64,000 nt of DNA from a bacterium (GTDB taxonomy: Bacteria > UBA8248 > JACPRG01 > G963555815), in the NCBI GenBank assembly GCA_965261595.1, contig CBDHDG010000001.1, forward strand, positions 128,001 to 192,000, in the 5' to 3' direction. The notes beneath the pieces were generated by a model. The model was not told the origin of the DNA. It searched no databases and saw nothing but the letters and a program-made list of their open reading frames with translations. The translations under genes were made by a program, and so were the position numbers. Shown in pieces: positions 48,112 through 58,355 of this stretch. Within the stretch, counting starts at the first letter, position 1. Each line of letters opens with the position of its first letter.

Positions 48112-49701
48112 ATGTCTTCGCTGTTGGTGACCTCGGCGGAGATGGCGGCGATCGACCGCCGAACCATCCGGGAGTTCGGCCTCCCGGGCGTCCACCTGAT
48201 GGAGAACGCGGGCGTGTGCGTCGTCCGGGCCATGTCCGAGCGATACGGAGACATGCGGGGCCGGCGGGTGGGCGTCCTCGCCGGGAAGGGGAATAACGCC
48301 GGGGACGGCTACGTGATCGCCCGCCACCTCCACAACCTGGGCGCGCGGGTCGAGATTTATTGCCTGTTCGACCCGGAAAGCGCGCAAGGCGACGCCCGCG
48401 TCCACCTGGATTCGGCTCGCGCGATGGAAATCCCCCTGCGCGTCATCGCCGACGAGGCCGCCCTTCAGGGGGTTGCGGAGGATTGGGCGCGCGTAGGGCT
48501 CTGGGTGGACGGCGTGTTCGGCACGGGCCTTTCGTCCCCGCCGCGCGGGCACGTCGCCTCCGCGCTGGCCGCCCTGTCCGGCGCCGCGGCGCCCGTGACG
48601 GCCATCGACATCCCCTCCGGCCTGGACGCCGACGCGGGAAGACCCCTGGGGGAGGCCGTGCGGGCCGATCTCACCGTTACCTTCGGGTTTCCCAAACGGG
48701 GCCACATCCTTCATCCCGGTCCCGACTGGACGGGAGCGTTGATTGTCGCCGACATCGGCATCCCGGCCGCGGCGGCTGAAAGCCAAGGCGTGCGGACATA
48801 TCTTCTGGAGTCTCGGGATGCGGCCGCGCTATTTCCCTCTTACCCGGGAGACGCCCACAAGGGGACATTCGGTCACGTTCTGGTCGTGGCGGGCTCGACC
48901 GGAAAGATGGGGGCGGCTTACCTCGCCGCCGAGGGCGCGCTTCGGGCCGGCGCGGGTCTGGTCACGCTGGCGCACCCCGAGGGGGCCGCCACGCTCGCTC
49001 CGGCCCCGCCCGAAATCATGAGCCTCCCCCTGCCCTCCACCGACCGGGGGACGTTTGCCCGAAACGCCGTTCCGCCCGGCCTCGAGGCCGCCTCTTCCAT
49101 GGATGCCGTCGTCCTGGGTCCGGGCCTGACGACCCATGAGGAAACCGTCGCCTTCGTCCACGGATGGATTTCACGGTGTCCGAAGCCGCTTGTGGTGGAC
49201 GCGGACGGATTGAACGCCTTGTCCTCGGGCTTCAGGGGTTGGGGGGATGTTTCCGTCCCCCTCTGCCTGACCCCCCATCCCGGTGAATTTTCGCGCCTGT
49301 CGGGATGCGCCCTCCGCGAGGTTCAAGCGGACCGCATCGAGAACGCCCGGTCCTTCGCCCGGGACCGCGGGCTGCATCTCGCCCTCAAGGGGGCGGGGAC
49401 GGTCCTGGCCTCTCCAGAGGGCGAGGTCTGGGTCAATACGAGCGGCAACCCGGGATTGGCGACGGGCGGGACCGGGGATGTCCTGGCCGGCGCAGCCGGC
49501 GCGCTTCTGGCGCAAGGACTGCCGATTTACGACGCGATTCGCGCGGCCGTCCACCTGCAAGGCCTTGCGGGGGACTTGTGCGCGGAGGCAATCGGGAGGC
49601 GGGGCTACCTGGCGTCCGACGTAGCGGCCCGTCTTCCGGCGGCGCGGGAGGTTCTGCTGACCGGGAGACATCCCGGCCGGTCGGCCGGAGAGCGAGGATG
49701 A
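48112..49701 (+). CDS. nnr: Bifunctional NAD(P)H-hydrate epimerase/dehydratase
   Basis: LMENAG, GKGNNAGDG, DIPSG, HKGTFG, DADGLN, TPHPGE, GGTGDVL. Confidence 0.95.
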   Translation: MSSLLVTSAEMAAIDRRTIREFGLPGVHLMENAGVCVVRAMSERYGDMRGRRVGVLAGKGNNAGDGYVIARHLHNLGARVEIYCLFDPESAQGDARVHLDSARAMEIPLRVIADEAALQGVAEDWARVGLWVDGVFGTGLSSPPRGHVASALAALSGAAAPVTAIDIPSGLDADAGRPLGEAVRADLTVTFGFPKRGHILHPGPDWTGALIVADIGIPAAAAESQGVRTYLLESRDAAALFPSYPGDAHKGTFGHVLVVAGSTGKMGAAYLAAEGALRAGAGLVTLAHPEGAATLAPAPPEIMSLPLPSTDRGTFARNAVPPGLEAASSMDAVVLGPGLTTHEETVAFVHGWISRCPKPLVVDADGLNALSSGFRGWGDVSVPLCLTPHPGEFSRLSGCALREVQADRIENARSFARDRGLHLALKGAGTVLASPEGEVWVNTSGNPGLATGGTGDVLAGAAGALLAQGLPIYDAIRAAVHLQGLAGDLCAEAIGRRGYLASDVAARLPAAREVLLTGRHPGRSAGERG

Positions 49702-50237
49702 CGGGCCGGGCGCGCCGCGCGGAGACCCGTGCTTGCGAAAGCGCTTCGTCCGGGAAGGAGCAGGTCGTCACGGTTCGATCGGAAGGCCCGGAGGAGACGA
49801 TCGAGCTGGGCAGGGCCGTAGGGAGATGCCTCGCGCCCGGGCACGTACTTTGCATCACAGGATCATTGGGCTCGGGAAAGACTCTCTTCACCCGGGGGAT
49901 CGTTGAAGGAATCCGCGGGGACTCCAAGGGCGTAAGAAGCCCTTCATTCACCCTGGTGAACGAATACCCGGGGCCGATCCTCGTCCATCACGTGGACCTT
50001 TACCGGCTTGGTCCCGGAGAAGCGATTTTCGAGCTGGGTCTGGAAGAGATCCTGGATTCAGATTCGGGCGCGGTGATCGTTGAATGGGGGGAGAAGCTCG
50101 GCGATCTCGCCCCGGCCGATCGCCTGGCCGTCCGAATCGAAGTGCGGGGACCGGAGTCGAGAAGGTTTCGGTTTCAGGCTCATGGTCCAAAACACGGTTC
50201 CGTCCTGCGCGCCCTGCCGGGGGACCGGGGGAGCTGA
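49698..50237 (+). CDS. tsaE: tRNA threonylcarbamoyladenosine biosynthesis ATPase
   Basis: GSLGSGKT, SPSFTLVNEY, HVDLYR, VEW; ATGA overlap with nnr. Confidence 0.93.
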   Translation: MTGRARRAETRACESASSGKEQVVTVRSEGPEETIELGRAVGRCLAPGHVLCITGSLGSGKTLFTRGIVEGIRGDSKGVRSPSFTLVNEYPGPILVHHVDLYRLGPGEAIFELGLEEILDSDSGAVIVEWGEKLGDLAPADRLAVRIEVRGPESRRFRFQAHGPKHGSVLRALPGDRGS

Positions 50238-50389
50238 AATCATCAACACCCGGGAGTCGTCGATGAGGGGGATTCGCACCACATCGCTTCCTTTCACCCA
50301 AACCGCGACGCCTTATCCAATAGGGCCTTTGCGCCTTTACACAAATCAAACTTTGTGCCATAATAAGCGTAAGAGGAGCTTTTTGTTCA

Positions 50390-50986
50390 ATGTCGTACGT
50401 AAAGAGCATTCGCTTTTGGCTTCTTTTGCTCATCGGGTCTGTTCTGGCCAGCGTTGCATTCTTCCTTTCAACCAACAACCGCGTGCGTGTGATGCCCAAG
50501 CGGTTCGAGCTATCGGGCACCGATGCGGACCTGCGAATCAAGGATGTGTTCCTGACCGAAAACAAGCGGGGAACCAAGGCTTGGGAACTCAAAGCGGAAT
50601 GGGCGCGGATGTACCGGGAGAAGGGCAAGACGATCTTTGAAGACCTTCGCGTAAAAGTATTTGTTAAGGGCCGAAAACCGATACACATTACGGGAGAAGG
50701 GGGAGAGCTGGATAACGCGAAGAAAGACATTCGGATTCGGGGAAACGTAGAAGTCGTCTCGGAGGATGGCTTCACGCTTCGTACGGAGGAGTTGGTCTGG
50801 CGCAACGAAGAACGGGAGATCGTCACGGAGAAGCCCGTATGGATCGCGAGCAAGACGTTGAGGCTGAGCGGCAAGGGATTGCGCGTCAAGGTGGACACCC
50901 AGCAATTCTGGCTTCAAGGGGAGGTGAAAGCCAACCTGAGGCCCGTCGCCATGAAAGATTGGCGAATCGCGGAAAATCGAAAATGA
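50390..50986 (+). CDS. lptC: LPS export protein LptC
   Basis: N-terminal TM, WELKAE, GNVEV, LRTEEL beta-jellyroll; first gene of lptCAB. Confidence 0.88.
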   Translation: MSYVKSIRFWLLLLIGSVLASVAFFLSTNNRVRVMPKRFELSGTDADLRIKDVFLTENKRGTKAWELKAEWARMYREKGKTIFEDLRVKVFVKGRKPIHITGEGGELDNAKKDIRIRGNVEVVSEDGFTLRTEELVWRNEEREIVTEKPVWIASKTLRLSGKGLRVKVDTQQFWLQGEVKANLRPVAMKDWRIAENRK

Positions 50987-51624
50987 GATGGGTTCGAGTT
51001 ATCAAAATATTGGTTGGATTCGCGGCCATTCTGCCCTGGCTTGCCGCCCAAGCCCCGCCGGCGGCGCTTGCCCAAAGCGTCACCGAGGGCTTTCTCAAGA
51101 AAAAAGGCGGGAAAGACGACGTGGCGATCCATGTCGTCTCCGACCGCATGGTGGCCGACAACAAGAACCAGTGGGTTCATTTCATCGGAAATGTGACGAC
51201 CACCCGGGGGGACCTCGTGATTCACAGCGACCGCCTTGAAGTCTACCGAAACCTGAAAACGGAGAAAATCGATCGAATCGAGGCCATCGGCCGGGTGGAC
51301 ATCAGCCGGGGGACCAAATACGCCACCGCGGACAAAGCGATCTTTTACGAGACAGAGCAGAAGATCGTCCTGTTGGGCAACCCCAAGGCTTGGGAAAACG
51401 ACAACATCATCGTCGGCCACAAGATGAATTTTTACCTGAAAACCGACCAGTTGATTGTAGAGGGGGATTCCAACCGACGTGTCGACGTCGTCCTGTATCC
51501 CACCAAGGAGAAAAAACGCAATCGAAGCAATCGTTCATCCGATAACAAGAGGACACCAGCGTCCAAAGCCCTCGGGAATGGAAAGGGCTCAGCCCAACCC
51601 AAACGGGCGGCTAGCGACCCGTAG
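50983..51624 (+). CDS. lptA: LPS export periplasmic protein LptA
   Basis: Signal peptide, FIGNV, IEAIGRV, LLGNP OstA-like fold. Confidence 0.88.
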   Translation: MRWVRVIKILVGFAAILPWLAAQAPPAALAQSVTEGFLKKKGGKDDVAIHVVSDRMVADNKNQWVHFIGNVTTTRGDLVIHSDRLEVYRNLKTEKIDRIEAIGRVDISRGTKYATADKAIFYETEQKIVLLGNPKAWENDNIIVGHKMNFYLKTDQLIVEGDSNRRVDVVLYPTKEKKRNRSNRSSDNKRTPASKALGNGKGSAQPKRAASDP

Positions 51625-52330
51625 ACTCGTAAAGTCGTATCGAAACCGACGGGTCGTTAACGACGTCAGCCTCGAGATCCACCTGGGAGAAATTGTCGGG
51701 CTTTTGGGTCCGAATGGGGCCGGAAAGACGACAAGTTTTTACATGGTCATTGGATTGGTGCGCCCCGATTCAGGGAAGGTTCTCCTCAACGGCAAAGACA
51801 TCTCCGACCAACCCATGTACATGCGGGCCCGCATGGGGATTGGCTATCTGCCGCAGGAACCCTCGGTCTTCCGGAAGTTGACGGTCGAGGAGAACATCCT
51901 GGCCATCTTAGAGACGCAGGGATTAGGTCGCAACGAACGCAAAAAACGGGCGCGGGATCTGATGAAGGAGTTGAACATCTACCATGTCCGGATGAACAAA
52001 GGGTATTCGCTGTCGGGCGGAGAGCGCCGGCGGGTCGAGATTTGCAGGGCCCTTTCCACATCGCCATTGTTCATCCTCCTGGACGAACCCTTCGCCGGGA
52101 TCGACCCCATCGTTGTGGGAGACATCCAAAACATGGTCATCCAGCTCAAGAACCGAAATATCGGCGTTCTCATCACCGATCACAACGTCCGGGAAACCCT
52201 GCAAATCGTTGACCGGGCGTACATCCTCAATGAGGGTGAAGTGATCGAGAGCGGATCGCCCGAAAAGATTGCCAATAGCCAAAAAGCCCGGGATATTTAC
52301 CTGGGCGAACGATTTTCGCTGAGTACATGA
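51578..52330 (+). CDS. lptB: LPS export ABC ATPase LptB
   Basis: [45 protein letters not shown]. Confidence 0.96.
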   Translation: MERAQPNPNGRLATRRLVKSYRNRRVVNDVSLEIHLGEIVGLLGPNGAGKTTSFYMVIGLVRPDSGKVLLNGKDISDQPMYMRARMGIGYLPQEPSVFRKLTVEENILAILETQGLGRNERKKRARDLMKELNIYHVRMNKGYSLSGGERRRVEICRALSTSPLFILLDEPFAGIDPIVVGDIQNMVIQLKNRNIGVLITDHNVRETLQIVDRAYILNEGEVIESGSPEKIANSQKARDIYLGERFSLST

Positions 52331-52450
52331 GCCGGTAGGCTCCTGAGCCGGTGCGTTTTCGGAGTCGGCGGGTCTGTCATGCGCCCGCGTCCGGATTGAG
52401 CGGTCCCTTGCGTCCATTGACCCAAGAGGCCGGGGAATTGGGATTTCTTC

Positions 52451-53891
52451 ATGAATATCGGACCCAGAATCGGTCAATACCAAAACCTGAGTCAGAAGCT
52501 GGTCATGACGGCCATGCTTCAGCAGGCCATCAAGCTGCTGCCCCTGACCCGGCAGGAGCTGATTCTGAAAATTCGCCAGGAAATGGTGGAAAACCCGTTC
52601 CTGGACGATGTCCAGGCCGAAGAAGACGGCTACGACATCGAGTCGGAAAGGGAAAATGGCAACACAGAGTCCTCTTCCGCCTCCACCGAATCGGACTCCA
52701 GCGAGCCGGAGATAGACCTGACGTCCTACTTCGACTCCGACCTGGACATGGGATACCACGAAGCGGACCGCTCCGAGTTTCCCTCATTGGAAAACCGGCT
52801 TCGCAAAGAAACAACCCTCACCGATCACCTTTTGTGGCAGTTTTCATTGGCGGAGGTTCCGGAACGCCTCAAACCCGTGGGCGTCCAGATCATCGGGAAT
52901 CTGAGCGACGACGGCTACTTTCGGGCGGAGGTCGAGGACATCGTCCTGGGGACCGACAGCACGCCCGATGACGTGGACCGAGCGCTTGAAATCATTCAAA
53001 CCTTCGATCCGCCCGGCATCGCGGCCCGAAACCTCAAGGAATGCCTCCTCCTTCAAGTCCAATCTTTGGGGATCTTCGATCCGCTTCTCGACGAGATCCT
53101 GGAAAACCACCTCGAGCAATTGGAAGATCGCTTTCTCCCCAAGGTGGCTCGCTCCTTGGGGGTGGAGGTCTCAGAGGTGGTGGAAGTCGCGCAACTCATC
53201 CGCTCCCTGAACCCCCAGCCGGGCCTCCTGTTCAACGAAACTCGGTCCGAGTACGTTTACCCGGACGTCTACGTGCTCAAAACCGGGGTCGATCCGGGTG
53301 AGGAATACCAGATTTTTCTGAACGAGGACGGGATGCCCCGCCTCCGGATCAATTCCACCTATCGGGCGCTTCTTCGGGAAAAATCCGCGGGCGACGGCCC
53401 GGCAGTACCTGAAAGACCGGCTCCGGTCCGCCCTGTGGCTCATCAAGAGCATCGAGCAACGGCGCCAGACCCTGATGAAGGTCTCCCGGAGCATCGTCCG
53501 GTTCCAGCGGGATTTTCTCGATCACGGGATACAATCCCTCCGGCCCTTGGTCCTTCGGGACGTGGCCCTGGACATCGGCATGCACGAATCCACCGTCAGC
53601 CGTGTCACGACCGGCAAGTACATGCACACGCCCCAGGGTATTTTCGAGTTGAAGTTCTTCTTTCACAGTGAGTTGAAATCGCGGTTCGGGGAGAGCACTT
53701 CGTCGGTCTCGGTGAAAGACCAGATCCGCCGGTTGATCGATGATGAGGACGCCCAGCACCCCTTGACCGATCAACGGATCGTCGATCTGCTGAACAGACG
53801 GAACGTCGAAATCGCGCGGCGGACCGTGACCAAATACCGCAAGGGATTAAGGATCCCGCCGGCCAGCAGGCGAAAACGGGTCGCCCTTTGA
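52451..53891 (+). CDS. rpoN: RNA polymerase sigma-54 factor, with a frameshift near 53385-53397
   Basis: LQQAIKLL, ENPFL, DPPGIAAR in one frame; ARQYLKDRLRSALWLIKSIEQR, HESTVSR and RpoN box ARRTVTKYR in the +1 frame. Confidence 0.93.
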
Positions 53892-54020
53892 AACTTTCGA
53901 CCCGCCCCGCCGTCATCGGACGTCAACGCCCCGTCGCCTGGAGTCAATCGTGAAAACGCGCCAAAAGCCCCCCCGTGGGGCCGGACAGGGTTGGGGTTAA
54001 GCTCCGGAAGGGGGCGCAAC

Positions 54021-54407
54021 ATGCAGGTGGCCATCACCGCTCGACACATCCAACTCTCCAATGCGATGAAAGAACACGTGGAGGAGCGGGTCGGGAGGCT
54101 GGAACGTTTGTTGGCCCCCCCGGTCTCCGCCAACATCGTTCTCCTGGTGGAAAATTACAGGCAAACCGCCGAGATCACCCTCCATGGAAACGGGGCCAAA
54201 TTCCATGGCGAGGATGTCGCCCACGACATCTACGTCGCCATCGAAAACTCCGTCGAAAAGGTTCGCCGTCAGATTGAAAAACATAAAGACCGAATCGGAT
54301 CAGATCGAATCCGTGAGAATCAAAAGCATTCCGAAGCCGCGAAATCCCAGCCGGAGACCGGGGGGGAGCCGGGTGAGAACGCCCCCCCGGACGAGGAACC
54401 CGTGTAA
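54021..54407 (+). CDS. hpf: Ribosome hibernation promoting factor (N-terminal domain only)
   Basis: MQVAITARH..DIYVAIENSVEKVRRQIEKHK; located after rpoN. Confidence 0.92.
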   Translation: MQVAITARHIQLSNAMKEHVEERVGRLERLLAPPVSANIVLLVENYRQTAEITLHGNGAKFHGEDVAHDIYVAIENSVEKVRRQIEKHKDRIGSDRIRENQKHSEAAKSQPETGGEPGENAPPDEEPV

Positions 54408-54614
54408 GTTCATCCGCGCCCGGGCGAAGCCCTTCCCGTCATGAAAAACTCGCACGTCCCAGCGAAACCCACATCGGTTGCGGAGACCGCGCCCTAATCG
54501 ACCTCCAATGAATATCCGTTCTTCGTCTTTCAGATTTCGCTGATCGAAGAAATTAATGTTGTCTCTCTCCGGCGAGATGGGCAAATTGGACTTATTACGC
54601 CGGATCAGACCTGA
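54408..54614 (+). pseudogene. Decayed C-terminal dimerisation domain of long HPF
   Basis: In frame after the hpf TAA: KPTSVAETAP*STSNEYPFFVFQISLIEEINVVSLRRDGQIGLITP. Confidence 0.8.
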
Positions 54615-54711
54615 CGTCCGCGCCCGGTGAACACCAGGATGTATTTCCATGGCCGGGGCGGCGCAAGTAGTCGATGCGACTACGCCGCCCAAGGGGAGAG
54701 CATGGCCTCCG

Positions 54712-55692
54712 ATGACTGATCTCACGGTGAAAGACCTGTTCGAAGAGCAGAAAGAGCCGTTGCGCCTCGAATTGGTGGCCGGCGGGCGTTCGCTCGACAA
54801 CCCGCTTTCCAATCCCCGCCTCCAGAAGTACAGCCTGGCCTTCTCCGGATTCTACGAGAACTTCCATCCCGAGCGCGTCCAGGTCCTGGGCGAAACAGAG
54901 CTCCGCTACCTGGCGACGCTCTCCGAAGAGGGCGCGCGCGACGCGATCCGGACCTTCTGCGCCTATCCGGTTTGCTGCATCTTCGTCACCAAGGGACTGG
55001 ACGTTCCCTCGGATTTCATCAACGCGGCCGAGGAATCGGGCATTCCCATGCTGCGCTCGGCGCTGCAAAGCTCCTGGGTCATCTCCCACCTCTCCACTTA
55101 CCTGGAGACCCGCCTGGCGCGTGGGATCAACCTCCACGGCGTCTTAATCGATGTGGACGATGTAGGTCTGCTGATCCTGGGGAAAAGCGGCATTGGAAAA
55201 AGCGAAAGCGCGCTCCACCTTGTCCAGCGCGGGCATCGCCTGGTGGCCGATGACGTGGTTCAAATCCGCCGAACGGGAGATTTGGATTTGCTCATCGGGC
55301 GGGGGATGGAGCTCAGCCGCTACCACATGGAGATTCGCGGTCTCGGCATCCTGAACATCCGGGACCTGTTCGGCGTGGTGTCCATCCGGGAGGAAAAGCG
55401 GATCGAGTTGGTCGTCCAGTTGGAGGAGTGGGATCCGGAGGAGGAGTACGAACGCCTCGGACTGGACGAGCACGTCCACGAGATTCTCGGGGTTTCGCTG
55501 CCCCTCGTCCGGCTCCCCGTCAAACCAGGCCGGAACATTCCGACCTTGTTGGAGGTGGCCTCCCGAAACCACCTCCTCAAAACCATGGGCCACCGTTCCG
55601 CCGAGGCATTCAACAAAGACATCCTCAAGCGTCTGAGCGAAACCGCCGGTCCCGTCGGCCCGGAGAATCGCGCCGAGACGGGCGGGAATTGA
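54712..55692 (+). CDS. hprK: HPr kinase/phosphorylase
   Basis: LHGVLID, GKSGIGKSE, GHRLVADD, MEIRGLGI, PVKPGRN. Confidence 0.97.
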   Translation: MTDLTVKDLFEEQKEPLRLELVAGGRSLDNPLSNPRLQKYSLAFSGFYENFHPERVQVLGETELRYLATLSEEGARDAIRTFCAYPVCCIFVTKGLDVPSDFINAAEESGIPMLRSALQSSWVISHLSTYLETRLARGINLHGVLIDVDDVGLLILGKSGIGKSESALHLVQRGHRLVADDVVQIRRTGDLDLLIGRGMELSRYHMEIRGLGILNIRDLFGVVSIREEKRIELVVQLEEWDPEEEYERLGLDEHVHEILGVSLPLVRLPVKPGRNIPTLLEVASRNHLLKTMGHRSAEAFNKDILKRLSETAGPVGPENRAETGGN

Positions 55693-55813
55693 GATGAAAG
55701 GCGGCCCGAACACAGATCGGAAGAGCGCGCGCCCGACCCCCTCTCCCCCCCCGGCCCCCCCGGCCCCTTCCGCCGCGCCGGGGCCCGAGAAAACCGAGGA
55801 GGGATCGTCCTCC

Positions 55814-56224
55814 TTGGGGGTGGTCATCGTGGCCCACGGCTCTTTGGCGCCGGTCCTCCAGGAAAACGCTGAAGGGATCGTGGGAAAGCTGCCCCGCTGC
55901 CGCGCCATCCACGTAGATCAAAACGTGGATGTGGACGAGGCGCGGGCCTCCATCGGCCGGGCGATACGGGCGGTGGACGGCGGCGGGGGGGTCTTGCTCC
56001 TGACCGATATGCTCGGGGGCACGCCGTCCAACGTGAGCCTTTCCTTCCTGGAACAACTCAACATCGAGGTGGTCACGGGCGTGAACCTTCCCATGTTGTT
56101 GAAGCTGCCGTTCATCCTGGATAAGCTTCCGTTGCGGGACGCCGCGGCGTTTATCCGCGATTATGGACGGAAAAATATCACCGTGGCCGGGGACATCCTC
56201 GACATGGGGGAGCCGTCCACGTGA
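55814..56224 (+). CDS. PTS mannose/fructose-type EIIA component (alternative start 55694)
   Basis: VIVAHG, LTDMLGGTPSN, GVNLPM. Confidence 0.9.
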   Translation: MGVVIVAHGSLAPVLQENAEGIVGKLPRCRAIHVDQNVDVDEARASIGRAIRAVDGGGGVLLLTDMLGGTPSNVSLSFLEQLNIEVVTGVNLPMLLKLPFILDKLPLRDAAAFIRDYGRKNITVAGDILDMGEPST

Positions 56225-56499
56225 GCGATGCGATCGAAGCCGAGGTGATGATTCGGAACCGGCTGGGCCTGCACGCCCGCCCCGCGGCGGCCTTCGTCAA
56301 GATCACGAACCGCTATCAAAGCGAGATCACCGTCTCCAAGAAAGACTTGCAGGTGAACGGCAAAAGCATCATGGGCGTCATGATGCTGGGGGCGGCGCAG
56401 GGAAGCCGGATTCACCTCCGCGCCCAGGGGGAAGACGCAAAGGCCCTGATTGAGGAACTCATCGATCTGGTGAACCGCGAGTTCAACGAGTCGTCATGA
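56221..56499 (+). CDS. ptsH: Phosphocarrier protein HPr
   Basis: GLHARPAA (His15), NGKSIMGVM (Ser46). Confidence 0.96.
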   Translation: MSDAIEAEVMIRNRLGLHARPAAAFVKITNRYQSEITVSKKDLQVNGKSIMGVMMLGAAQGSRIHLRAQGEDAKALIEELIDLVNREFNESS

Positions 56500-58295
56500 C
56501 CGAATCTCATACCCCCGAAGAATTCACCCTCCGCGGTATCGGCGTCTCGCCGGGGATCGTCAGCGGGGAGGCCGCGCTCATCGAGGGCGGGGACCTGCGG
56601 ATTCCCCGCTACCGGATCACCCCGCCCGAGGTCGACGAGGAGATCGCGCGAATCCGGCGGGCCCTCGAGGAGACCGGGGCCGAGATCCGGGAGACGCGCG
56701 ATCGACTGGCCGACGAGATCAGCAAAGAACACCTCTTCATCCTGGATTCGCACCTCATGATCCTGGTGGACGAAATGCTCGTGGGGGAAACCGTCGAGAC
56801 CATCCGGCAAAACCGCTGGAACGCCGAAGCCGCGCTGGAGGACACCCTGGCGAGGCATCAGGCGAAGTTTTCCGATATCGATAACGAATACCTGAGAGAC
56901 CGCCGCAACGACATCCGCCAGGTCGGCCGTCACATCCAGCGGAACCTGATGGGGGTGGAAGGGCCGCTCGCGCCCCAGAAGGGATCCCCCGTGATCCTGG
57001 TGGCCCACGATTTGACGGCCGCCGACCTCCTGCGAATCAATCCCGGGCAGATCCTGGGCTTCATCACCGAGCTGGGCGGACGAACCTCCCACAACGCGAT
57101 CATCGCCGGCACACTGGGCATACCCGCCATCCTGGGCATGACCCACGCCACCCGACGCATCCGGCAGGGGGACAAGCTGGCCCTGGATGGAGGAACGGGC
57201 GTTGTCCGGGTCCACCCCACCTCCCAAACCCTGGAAGATGCGGACCGCCTGCGAAAGCGCTATGATCGGCGCCAACGTGATTTGCTGCGCCTGCGGGATC
57301 TGCCCTGCGTGACCACGGACGGCGTCCGGGTGACCCTCCGGGCCAACATCGGATCGCCTGCCGAGGTGGACGTCCTCCGCGAACGCGGGGCCCAGGGCGT
57401 CGGCCTGTATCGGACGGAATACCTGTTCTTGAACCGGAGCGATCTCCCCACCGAGCAGGAGCACCTCGATGTTTACCGGCGGGTGATGGAGGGGGTCTCT
57501 CCCGACACCGCCGTGTTTCGGACCTTCGATCTGGGAGGGGACGTCACGGCCCGGACGCTGGGAAGCGCCGAGGAGGCGAACCCCGTGCTGGGCCTGCGCG
57601 CCATCCGCCTCGCCCTCGCGAAGACGGACGTCTTGAGGACCCAGCTCCGCGCCCTCCTGAGGGCCTCGGCCCAGGGGCGTCTCGGGATCCTCCACCCTTT
57701 CATCTCCGGCCTGGAAGAGGTGCGGAGCGTGAACGCCCTGATGCGGGATCTGGCCGCGGAGCTCGAGGCCGAAGGGGTCCGCTTGCCGGAGTTGCCTCCC
57801 GTGGGCGTCTTGGTGGAAACTCCCGCCGCGGCCCTGACGGCCGATATCCTGGCCCAGGAGGTGTCCTTTTTCACCATCGGGACGAATGACCTGACCCAGT
57901 ACACCCTGGCGGCCGACCGGGGCAATGAACAGGTGTCCTATCTTTACAACCCGCTGCATCCTGCGGTGCTGCGGCTGATTCGAGGCGTCATCGACTCGGC
58001 CGCCCAGGCCGGCATCGAGGTGAGCGTCTGCGGGGAAATGGCCGCGGACCCGATATCGGCCGTCCTGCTGGTGGGGATGGGGGTCCGGGAGCTCAGCATG
58101 ATCCCCCACCGGATCCCCCGGATCAAGGAAGTCCTGCGGGGGGTTTCGGCGGTCCAGGCGGAACGCTGGGCCCAAGAGGCATTGGGCCTCCCCTCGGCGG
58201 AGGAAATCCATGTCTGGGCCGAGAAGAATCTGAAATTTGCGGAATTCACCGCGCCGGCGCCTCGGGCGTCCGTCGCATTGGACCGGACGGGCTGA
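56496..58295 (+). CDS. ptsI: PEP-protein phosphotransferase (enzyme I)
   Basis: GGRTSH, GVGLYRTE, EANPVLGLR, IGTNDL, CGEMA; no N-terminal GAF domain. Confidence 0.96.
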   Translation: MTESHTPEEFTLRGIGVSPGIVSGEAALIEGGDLRIPRYRITPPEVDEEIARIRRALEETGAEIRETRDRLADEISKEHLFILDSHLMILVDEMLVGETVETIRQNRWNAEAALEDTLARHQAKFSDIDNEYLRDRRNDIRQVGRHIQRNLMGVEGPLAPQKGSPVILVAHDLTAADLLRINPGQILGFITELGGRTSHNAIIAGTLGIPAILGMTHATRRIRQGDKLALDGGTGVVRVHPTSQTLEDADRLRKRYDRRQRDLLRLRDLPCVTTDGVRVTLRANIGSPAEVDVLRERGAQGVGLYRTEYLFLNRSDLPTEQEHLDVYRRVMEGVSPDTAVFRTFDLGGDVTARTLGSAEEANPVLGLRAIRLALAKTDVLRTQLRALLRASAQGRLGILHPFISGLEEVRSVNALMRDLAAELEAEGVRLPELPPVGVLVETPAAALTADILAQEVSFFTIGTNDLTQYTLAADRGNEQVSYLYNPLHPAVLRLIRGVIDSAAQAGIEVSVCGEMAADPISAVLLVGMGVRELSMIPHRIPRIKEVLRGVSAVQAERWAQEALGLPSAEEIHVWAEKNLKFAEFTAPAPRASVALDRTG

Positions 58296-58355
58296 ACGCC
58301 GACTCCCTGTACGGCTCCCCCGTCAAACCAAGAAAGAGAAAGGAAGACAATCACC

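Noticed and set aside
53375..53400. Programmed ribosomal frameshift in rpoN
   Set aside because: A +1 shift is required and I see no in-frame slippery heptamer or known +1 signal
54405..54497. TAA recoding or programmed read-through in hpf
   Set aside because: TAA terminates other genes normally in this window (ftsH, pdxJ), and the tail has lost conserved residues, which fits decay
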